Source: an uncultured Clostridia bacterium | Lineage (GTDB): Bacteria; Aerophobota; Aerophobia; Aerophobales; B3-G15 | Assembly: GCA_964482715.1 (NCBI GenBank) | Contig: CAYZYX010000011.1 | Span: 1-46,723 of the forward strand | Direction: 5' to 3' | DNA length: 46,723 nucleotides | Program-made: the position numbers and the translations under genes | Part shown: one piece after another, positions 39,791 through 46,723 of the stretch | Position numbering within the stretch: position 1 is the stretch's first letter | How the letters are laid out: each line of letters starts with the position of its first letter | Notes under the pieces: model-generated | What the model saw: the letters and a program-made list of their open reading frames with translations, nothing else | Database searches by the model: none | Told to the model about the DNA's origin: nothing

Positions 39791-41023
39791 GTGAGAGAAA
39801 TTGAGGGAGGAATTACTGCAGCTATTGGATTTAAAGCAAGCGGGATTCATTGTGGAATAAAAGAAAAAAAACCTGACCTTGCTCTCATATACTCAGAATA
39901 TCCGGCAATAGCCTGTGGGGTTTTCACCACCAATAAAGTAAAGGCTGCTCCGGTAGTTCTTTCTCAAAAGAAAATTCGCAAGGGTCAGGCAAGAGCAATA
40001 GTGGCCAATAGTGGAAATGCCAATACCTGCACAGGAAAACGTGGATTTGATGATGCAAAGAGGATGTGTGAAATTGCGGCAAGGGAGCTTGGCATTGACT
40101 CCGAAGAAGTCCTGGTGGCTTCAACAGGAATAATAGGAGAATGCCTGCCTATGGATAAGATTGAAAAGGGGATCAAAATTGCCGTCTCCTCTCTTTCTTA
40201 TAAAGGAAGTCACCAGGCAGCAGAGGCAATTCTTACTACCGATAAGGTGGTAAAAGAACTTGCCCTGGAAGTTGATATCCCGGGACAGGGAAAGAAAAAG
40301 GTGAAAATAGGAGGAATTGCTAAAGGATCGGGAATGATTGCCCCTAACCTTGCCACTATGCTATGTTTTATTACCACCGATGCCTGTATAACTCAAGATG
40401 CTTTAAAGGAGGCCCTGCAAAAAGCCGTAAATGAGTCTTTTAACCAGATAAGTGTTGATGGAGATATGAGCACCAACGATACGGTTATAGTTTTAGCTAA
40501 TGGAAAAGCGGGAAACAGGAGAATAAAAACCTGGCGAAGGAAACCCACCTTAAGAGTTGAGGATGAAAATTTTGAAAAGTTTTACTTAGCTTTAAGTTAT
40601 CTCTGCAAGCACTTTGCTAAGTCAATAGTAAAAGATGGTGAGGGAGTAAATCGAATATTTGAAGTAAAGGTTGAAGGAGCCCCTTTTCCTCAGGATGCCA
40701 GGCGTATTGCCAGACAGGTGGCTAACTCTAATTTGGTCAAAACCGCTATTGCCGGAGCTTCGCCAAATTGGGGACGAATAATAGCTGCTCTGGGTTCGGC
40801 TCATACCAAAGTGAAGCCAGAGAAAGTGGATGTTTTGATCAATGGGTGCCTGGTGCTGAAAAATGGGCAGTCAGCAGGTGCATCTCTATCCAGTTTGAGA
40901 GAGGTTTTATCCAAAGAGGAAATAAAAATAACCATAAGGTGCAACCAGGGAAATTGTCAGACAAGTTTCTGGGGATGTGATTTAACAGAGAGATACGTAA
41001 AAATCAATAAGAGATACATTTAA
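39791..41023 (+). CDS. argJ: Ornithine acetyltransferase
   Basis: NSGNAN, STGIIG, KGSGMIAPNLATML, STND and KDGEG. Confidence 0.97.
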   Translation: MREIEGGITAAIGFKASGIHCGIKEKKPDLALIYSEYPAIACGVFTTNKVKAAPVVLSQKKIRKGQARAIVANSGNANTCTGKRGFDDAKRMCEIAARELGIDSEEVLVASTGIIGECLPMDKIEKGIKIAVSSLSYKGSHQAAEAILTTDKVVKELALEVDIPGQGKKKVKIGGIAKGSGMIAPNLATMLCFITTDACITQDALKEALQKAVNESFNQISVDGDMSTNDTVIVLANGKAGNRRIKTWRRKPTLRVEDENFEKFYLALSYLCKHFAKSIVKDGEGVNRIFEVKVEGAPFPQDARRIARQVANSNLVKTAIAGASPNWGRIIAALGSAHTKVKPEKVDVLINGCLVLKNGQSAGASLSSLREVLSKEEIKITIRCNQGNCQTSFWGCDLTERYVKINKRYI

Positions 41024-41032
41024 TTTTGAAGG

Positions 41033-41902
41033 ATGATTGAGGGGTTTTTCTGTCCAGAAGAGGCGCTGCGAGATATTTTGGAAGGAAGGGTTAAAACGGT
41101 AATGGTTCTTGGAGCATCTGATTCCGGCAAAACCACAATGGTGAAAGTTTTAGCAAAATACTGTGCTAAATCGAGAAAAACTGCGGTAATGGATATTGAT
41201 CCGGGACAATCACACATTGGTCCTCCCACTACTGTAGCCTGGGCTGTAGTGGACGAGAAATTTGAAGATTGGGACAAGTTAGAGATGGCTGGTTTTTACT
41301 TTATCGGGGATATCTCTCCCACCAGCAGTCTCCTTTCCACTGTTACTGGAGCAAAAATAGTCTGGGAAAAAGCCTCACAGGCAGCAGAGATAGTTATTGT
41401 TGATACCAGTGGTCTTATAAGAGGGTCTCTGGGAAGGAATCTTAAATTGCATCTTATAGATCTTCTTAATCCTGAATTAATTCTGGCCCTGCATCGAAAG
41501 GATGAACTTGATCATATCTTATCTTTCTATCAGGGGATAAAAGTTCCCCGTATATATAAAATACCTGTTCCTGAGGAGGTGGAAAGGAAAGATTTTTCTC
41601 AACGCCGCCTTTACCGGGAAGGTAAGTTCAGAAATTACTTTCAGAGAGCAAAGGATATTGAATTTGTTTTAAGAGAGATAGGTCTTGACGAGAAAATGCC
41701 TTCTGAGTATTTATCTTTTCGTCTGGTAAGCTTGAGGGATAAGTTTAACAGTGACATTGCTCTGGGGATAATAAAGCAGGTGGATAAAATTGGAGGGACA
41801 GTGACCATCTATTCTCCTGTTTCTCTCCCGGAAAAAGTTGGTGCAGTTGTACTGGGAAAAATAAGGTTATCTCCGGAGGGAAAGCAACTAACCGATTTTT
41901 AA
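41033..41902 (+). CDS. Clp1/Grc3(Nol9)-family polynucleotide 5'-hydroxyl kinase
   Basis: GASDSGKTT, DIDPGQSHIGPP, DTSG and the RRLYRE lid. Confidence 0.85.
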   Translation: MIEGFFCPEEALRDILEGRVKTVMVLGASDSGKTTMVKVLAKYCAKSRKTAVMDIDPGQSHIGPPTTVAWAVVDEKFEDWDKLEMAGFYFIGDISPTSSLLSTVTGAKIVWEKASQAAEIVIVDTSGLIRGSLGRNLKLHLIDLLNPELILALHRKDELDHILSFYQGIKVPRIYKIPVPEEVERKDFSQRRLYREGKFRNYFQRAKDIEFVLREIGLDEKMPSEYLSFRLVSLRDKFNSDIALGIIKQVDKIGGTVTIYSPVSLPEKVGAVVLGKIRLSPEGKQLTDF

Positions 41903-41915
41903 CTTAACCTAAATT

Positions 41916-42914
41916 ATGCAAGCAATAGAGGTTCACAATCTGGTTAAAGAGTTCAACGGATTTAAAGCTGTGGATAATATTTCTTTTTCTGTGGAAGAAG
42001 GAGAAATTTTTGGACTTCTGGGTCCCAACGGGGCGGGAAAAACCACCACCATTCGCATTTTATCCACCACTCTGCGAGCAACCACTGGTGAGGCAAAGGT
42101 TTGGGGTTATGATGTGCACAGGTACCCTGATGCGGTAAGAAAATCCATTGGTATCGTCTTTCAGGATCAGGCCCTTGATGATCGTCTGACCGGACTGGAA
42201 AATCTGGATTTTCATGCTCGCCTGTATGGGATGGACAAAAAGTTACGCAGGCAGAGAATAAGAGAAGTTCTTACTCTGGTTGGGCTCTGGGATAAGCGAA
42301 ATACTCTGGTCAAATACTATTCAGGGGGGATGTGTCGAAGACTGGAAATTGCAAGGGGTTTGATGCACTATCCCCGGGTGCTTTTCCTCGATGAACCCAC
42401 CCTGGGTCTTGACGCTCAAACAAGACATACTATCTGGGAACATATCAAGCTTCTCAACAGAAGAGAAAAAATAGCTATCCTTCTAACAACTCATTACATG
42501 GACGAGGCTGATGCTCTCTGTCACAGAGTGGGAATTATTGATCATGGTAGAATTCTGGTCATCGATAGACCAGAAAATCTAAAAAGTCTGGTTGGTGAAG
42601 ATATAATATCTTTAAAGCTGGACCTCCCGGAAAAATTTAGAACCCTTATTGCTGGTATTGATTGGATCAAAGATAGCCGGATTCATGATGGCTTTCTCTA
42701 TTTGAAGGTAATAAAGGGTGATGAAAAGATTCCTTTTTTAATTGAGCTGGCTCAACAGAAGGGGCTGAAGGTGGAACTTGTAAATCTGCATAAACCCACA
42801 CTGGAGGACGTTTTTCTTCATTTCACCGGGCGCACCATAAGAGAAGAAGAGGGGTCAGTGAGAGAGAGGATAAGTGCAAGGATAAGATCAATCAGATCAG
42901 GGAGAAGAAGGTGA
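41916..42914 (+). CDS. ABC-2 exporter ATP-binding protein (DrrA-like)
   Basis: GPNGAGKTT, YSGGM, FLDEPT, TTHY and PTLEDVFL. Confidence 0.93.
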   Translation: MQAIEVHNLVKEFNGFKAVDNISFSVEEGEIFGLLGPNGAGKTTTIRILSTTLRATTGEAKVWGYDVHRYPDAVRKSIGIVFQDQALDDRLTGLENLDFHARLYGMDKKLRRQRIREVLTLVGLWDKRNTLVKYYSGGMCRRLEIARGLMHYPRVLFLDEPTLGLDAQTRHTIWEHIKLLNRREKIAILLTTHYMDEADALCHRVGIIDHGRILVIDRPENLKSLVGEDIISLKLDLPEKFRTLIAGIDWIKDSRIHDGFLYLKVIKGDEKIPFLIELAQQKGLKVELVNLHKPTLEDVFLHFTGRTIREEEGSVRERISARIRSIRSGRRR

Positions 42915-43684
42915 GGGGACTCTTTTTCCAGGCTGTATACGTGCTATGGTTAAGAGAAGTAAAGACCTTTTTAAGAGCTAAATCAAGAATTTTAGGCAAC
43001 GTCATTCAGCCTTTTTTCTTTCTGGCTATCCTGGGAGTGGGATTCAGATCTTCGGTTAGTTTTGTAGCTGCGGAAGTGAGTGGTCTGGATTACCTTCAAT
43101 TTCTTGTTCCAGGTTTGGTTGGAATGACACTTCTTTTTTCTTCCATTTTTGCCGGTCTTTCTATTCTCTGGGATCGTCAGTTTGGCTTTCTTAGAGAAAT
43201 AATGGTTGCTCCTGTCTCGCGCCTATCTCTTGTTGTGGGGAGAATTGCTGGTGGAATGACCACAACTATTTTTCAGGCCCTTTGTGTTTTGCTTGTCTCT
43301 CATCTTTTTGGCTTCAAAATTAAGACTTCAGGTGGATTTTTAATTTCTCTTGTCTTTATGGGATTGATTGGTGTAAGTTTTGTTGGGATGGGAGTTGCTT
43401 TTGCCTCCAGAATGGAGGATATGCACGGATTTCAGATAATAATGAATTTTATAATCATGCCCATCTTCTTTCTTTCCGGTGCACTTTTTCCCCTGGAAGG
43501 TCTTCCCTCCTGGCTTAGCTTTTTAATGTATCTTGATCCATTAACCTACGGAGTGGACGGACTTAGAGGCGCCATGCTTGGAATTTCCCACTTTCCTCTA
43601 ATCTTTGATTTTTCGGTGCTGGCGGCCTTTTGCCTTACGATGCTGCTTCTTGGATCTTACTTTTTCTCCATCTGCGAGGTTTAA
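42911..43684 (+). CDS. ABC-2 exporter permease
   Basis: Hydrophobic protein with DRQFGFLREIMVAP, FFLSGALFP and PLTYGVD. Confidence 0.92.
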   Translation: MRGLFFQAVYVLWLREVKTFLRAKSRILGNVIQPFFFLAILGVGFRSSVSFVAAEVSGLDYLQFLVPGLVGMTLLFSSIFAGLSILWDRQFGFLREIMVAPVSRLSLVVGRIAGGMTTTIFQALCVLLVSHLFGFKIKTSGGFLISLVFMGLIGVSFVGMGVAFASRMEDMHGFQIIMNFIIMPIFFLSGALFPLEGLPSWLSFLMYLDPLTYGVDGLRGAMLGISHFPLIFDFSVLAAFCLTMLLLGSYFFSICEV

Positions 43685-43685
43685 A

Positions 43686-44279
43686 ATGAACCTCCGCTCT
43701 TTTTTTCTTGCTTTTGTCCCTATCTTTGTTGCTGTAGATGCTTTTGGTGTTTTACCTGTATTTATTTCTTTAACCGAGGGGATGAATGAAAATGAAAAAT
43801 GGAGGGTTTTAAAACAATCGGTTACTACAGCTCTGGCTATTGCTATTGCTTTTATATTTGTAGGTAAAGCTATATTTATTTTTCTGGGGATAACTGTTTA
43901 CGACTTTTTAATTGCGGGAGGATCAATACTTTTTGTTCTTGCGCTGGTTGATCTTTTATTTCCCACCAAAAGGAGGAGAACCTCTCCTGATCTGGGAGTT
44001 GTTCCTCTGGGTATGCCTTTAATTGTGGGTCCTGCGGTCTTAACAACTTCTCTTATATCCATAGATTCTTACGGACTTTTACCCACCCTGATCTCAGTAG
44101 TGATTAACATACTTATAGCTGGTTTTTTATTTTACTCTTCCAATTTTTTAATTAAACTGATCGGCGAAAATGGCTCAAGAGCAATTTCCAAAGTTTCCAG
44201 TCTCCTCCTGGCAGCAATTGGGGTAATGATGGTCAGGAAGGGTATAATTTACCTTTTTACCTCTTTCACCGGAGGATAA
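43686..44279 (+). CDS. MarC family membrane protein
   Basis: VVPLGMPLIVGP and hydrophobic throughout. Start moved to ATG 43686. Confidence 0.9.
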   Translation: MNLRSFFLAFVPIFVAVDAFGVLPVFISLTEGMNENEKWRVLKQSVTTALAIAIAFIFVGKAIFIFLGITVYDFLIAGGSILFVLALVDLLFPTKRRRTSPDLGVVPLGMPLIVGPAVLTTSLISIDSYGLLPTLISVVINILIAGFLFYSSNFLIKLIGENGSRAISKVSSLLLAAIGVMMVRKGIIYLFTSFTGG

Positions 44280-44287
44280 TAAAATTT

Positions 44288-44815
44288 TTATCCTCCATTA
44301 AGAAGAGCTTTTTCTTCCCAGAGATACCAGTCGCGAGAATCCTCAAGATAAGACAGAGTATTTGTCAGCAATTGGTAGTGTTGCCTTTCCTCTTCCACCA
44401 ATCTCTCAAATAGTGCGCGTAGTTTATCTTCTGCTGCTTTTCCTTTCTGCTTCTGATAGAAATCCACACTTTTTTTCTCCATCTCTATGGCTTTTCTTAA
44501 GACATCCAGCTCATCAGAACTAATAGGGATATGTTTTTGAACTTCTCCTTTAGCTTTTGAAAAAATCGTTTTTACCTTATCTGCTGGTAGTTTTAAGGAG
44601 AACATTTCCTCAAAATCTCTGTTAAGATTCGGAAGTTTTGTCTCTTCAAATATTTTCTTCAGGAGATTAAAATGCTTTTTTTCATCTTTTACAAAGGATA
44701 AAAGCATCTTTTTGGCTGATTCACTGGCAACCTTTTTGGCTGCTTCCTGGTAAAAATCAGCACCATCTTTTTCCATTTTCATTGCCATCTGAATAGCCTG
44801 TTTTAATGATTCCAT
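44288..44815 (-). CDS. Rubrerythrin/ferritin-like di-iron protein
   Basis: Two E..(FY)..ExxH repeats (DEKKH, EERQH); no rubredoxin domain. Confidence 0.85.
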   Translation of the reverse strand: MESLKQAIQMAMKMEKDGADFYQEAAKKVASESAKKMLLSFVKDEKKHFNLLKKIFEETKLPNLNRDFEEMFSLKLPADKVKTIFSKAKGEVQKHIPISSDELDVLRKAIEMEKKSVDFYQKQKGKAAEDKLRALFERLVEEERQHYQLLTNTLSYLEDSRDWYLWEEKALLNGG

Positions 44816-44884
44816 CCTTCCCCCTTTCTTTTCTTTAAAAAACGTCCCTTCCTTGTCTGCAAAAGTTCTGACAAAGCTGAAAAG

Positions 44885-45358
44885 TTATATACCAAAATCC
44901 TCCGGTTTTAAATCTTTCAGTTTTTTTCTGAACTCTTCTATCTCTTCATCGGCAATGGGACTACCTCCAACAGCCACCTTGTCCATCACACTTTCTTCAA
45001 TAAAGATGGGAACCTTGAGTCGTAAAGCCAGAGCTATAGCATCACTGGGTCGAGAATCCACCTGGATACTTTCTCCGTTTTGCTTTATCAAAATCTTTGC
45101 GTAAAAGGTATTGTGTCGCAGATCGTTTATCACCACTTTGTCAACTTTCCCTTTGAGTTTTTCAATAAGGGATTTTGCCAGATCGTGAGTTAGAGGACGG
45201 GGTGGTTTAATATTTTCCATAGCCAGAGCAATAGCCTGAGCTTCGAAAAGACCTATCCATATTGGCAGAGTTTTATCTCCGTATTTTTCCTTAAGCACAA
45301 TTACTGGCATCTTTGATTTTATATCTATGGCTACATTGACTACATCCACTTCTATCAA
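44885..45358 (-). CDS. Bifunctional nuclease family protein (DUF151)
   Basis: LPIWIG..EA, RPLTHDL and DSRPSDAIALA. Probable TTG start at 45358 after GGAGGTG. Confidence 0.92.
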   Translation of the reverse strand: MIEVDVVNVAIDIKSKMPVIVLKEKYGDKTLPIWIGLFEAQAIALAMENIKPPRPLTHDLAKSLIEKLKGKVDKVVINDLRHNTFYAKILIKQNGESIQVDSRPSDAIALALRLKVPIFIEESVMDKVAVGGSPIADEEIEEFRKKLKDLKPEDFGI

Positions 45359-45383
45359 GTTACTCACCTCCTCTTTTTGTTTT

Positions 45384-46607
45384 TTATGAACCAACCATGT
45401 GTCCGCAACCCATCAAGTCCATAATTATCCGGTTAAGAGATAGTCCATTCAGGTGACCAAGACCTCCACAGGCAACAGAAACTTCATCGAAAAAGTTAAC
45501 CCTGTCTTTACGAATCCCCTCTCCATAGATGAGTACAGGCACAGGATCACTTGTATGTCTTTTAACACTAAGAGGGGTGGAGTGATCAGCGGTAATTATC
45601 AGCCAGGCATCTTCTTCTCTTAATATCTCAGCAAGTCGATTTACTTTCTTGATCATGCTGAGTTTACCCTCCAGATTACCATCATGGCTGGCATTATCAG
45701 CTCCCTTTACATGAATGAAAACAAAGTCGTAGGTTTTTATAGCCTCCCTGGCTGCCTTAGCTTTGGCCTCAATATCGGTATCAATCCTTCCTGTAGCACC
45801 TTCCACGTTCAAAACATCCATTCCTGCATACCTGGCAACACCTTTATAAAGGGCAGAGCCAGCTATACAGCAGGAACTTATTCCATAACGATCCTTAATT
45901 GATTCCACTTTCTGGTATATACCGGCTCCCCTTGTGAGGACTATGTTAGCTGGAAGTTTACCCTCCTTTTTCCTTTCTTTATTTAAGGGATGCGAACTTA
46001 AAATCTCCCGGCTTTTCCTGACAAATTTGTTTACAATGCGAGCCGTTTTTTTAGCTTCTGGAGTATTATCCCGGGGTTTTGACTCAAGAGGAGGTACTTT
46101 TTCCGGTGAATGAGGGTCAGTGTCGGAAACGGCAGGAGAAAGTCCCTTGCCCCTGAGAATTAATGTTCCTCTGTGTTCTGTGGAGGGGAAAAATATTATC
46201 TTAACGTCCTCTATAGTCAGGTTTTGCAGCGCTTTTGCCAGAACAGAACCTTCATCTTTCAGTCTTCCAGCCCTTCTGTCAATAACTCTAAAGTTATCAT
46301 CCACAGTAGCAAAGTTACATCTAAAGGCTACATCTCCCTCCTCCAGATTCAGACCAACTCCTAAAGCCTCAAAGGGACCTCTGCCTTTATAATAGAGCTT
46401 AGGGTCATAACCAAAAAGGGCAAGATGTGCTGTATCGCTTCCAGGAATAATGCCTGGACCAAGTGTATTCATGATTCCCGTGCATCCTTCCATAGCCAGC
46501 TCGTCTAACACAGGCTTATCTGCTATCTGGAGAGGAGTTTTGCCATCTTTAACACTCCTGTCACCGAGACCATCTACCACTACAAAAAAGGCTTTCCTTT
46601 CCAGCAT
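45384..46607 (-). CDS. apgM: 2,3-bisphosphoglycerate-independent phosphoglycerate mutase, archaeal type
   Basis: DGLGD, PGSDTAH, GRGPFEA, DRRAGR, ADNASHDG and TADHSTP. Confidence 0.93.
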   Translation of the reverse strand: MLERKAFFVVVDGLGDRSVKDGKTPLQIADKPVLDELAMEGCTGIMNTLGPGIIPGSDTAHLALFGYDPKLYYKGRGPFEALGVGLNLEEGDVAFRCNFATVDDNFRVIDRRAGRLKDEGSVLAKALQNLTIEDVKIIFFPSTEHRGTLILRGKGLSPAVSDTDPHSPEKVPPLESKPRDNTPEAKKTARIVNKFVRKSREILSSHPLNKERKKEGKLPANIVLTRGAGIYQKVESIKDRYGISSCCIAGSALYKGVARYAGMDVLNVEGATGRIDTDIEAKAKAAREAIKTYDFVFIHVKGADNASHDGNLEGKLSMIKKVNRLAEILREEDAWLIITADHSTPLSVKRHTSDPVPVLIYGEGIRKDRVNFFDEVSVACGGLGHLNGLSLNRIIMDLMGCGHMVGS

Positions 46608-46631
46608 CTTACTCCTCGTTTTTTCGCTTAT

Positions 46632-46659
46632 AGAATATTAAATCCATATGAGTTGTCAA
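46632..46659 (-). promoter_or_regulatory. Probable promoter of the apgM operon
   Basis: Minus strand TTGACA (46659-46654), 16-nt spacer, TATTCT. Confidence 0.6.
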
Positions 46660-46668
46660 GCGAATTTC

Positions 46669-46690
46669 CTCCAGTTTCGGGAAAAATTTC
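46669..46690. repeat. Third copy of the element terminus (rest differs or lies outside the window)
   Basis: ctccagtttcgggaaaaatttc matches 34478-34499 at 20/22 nt. Confidence 0.7.
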
Positions 46691-46723
46691 AGGATCTCTT
46701 AAGGTGAGCTTATCCTATTAATC

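Noticed and set aside
41916-44279. Antibiotic resistance locus
   Set aside because: This is a generic ABC-2 exporter plus MarC; the substrate cannot be inferred and MarC is not a proven resistance factor.

Overview
This is a gene-dense chromosomal window from what is probably an anaerobic, possibly thermophilic bacterium, and most of it is housekeeping. In order: zur-znuA-znuC(partial); lysS-ilvE-ilvC-ilvN-ndk-DUF1015-dprA-topA-xerC-hslV-hslU-thiE-tsaE-tsaB-rimI; a minus-strand block (TetR, two radical SAM/SPASM genes, Nudix, coaD, ADP-forming acyl-CoA synthetase, rpmF, plsX, fabH, DUF4139, EF-G paralogue); tmk-holB; tRNA-Thr(CGT)-leuS-comEA-DUF362; an inositol cluster (PfkB kinase, IPCT/DIPPS fusion, ino1); argC-argJ-Clp1-like kinase-ABC-2 exporter-MarC; and apgM-DUF151-rubrerythrin-like. 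Four things stand out. (1) A TetR gene with a FadR/YsiA-type operator heads a tandem pair of radical SAM/SPASM enzymes upstream of CoA and lipid genes; this is a candidate bacterial membrane-spanning or cross-linked lipid system (inference). (2) A dispersed family of intergenic inverted-repeat elements (1438-1521, 34478-34605, 46669-46690, related 28512-28612) sits about 10 bp upstream of TTGACA promoter boxes and carries a dif-like 11-6-11 core. (3) A consensus promoter is followed by a short leader and a terminator in front of the acyl-CoA synthetase. (4) Several genes are of archaeal or thermophile type. No CRISPR array, transposase or prophage was seen. All product calls come from motif recognition by eye; no database searches were run.
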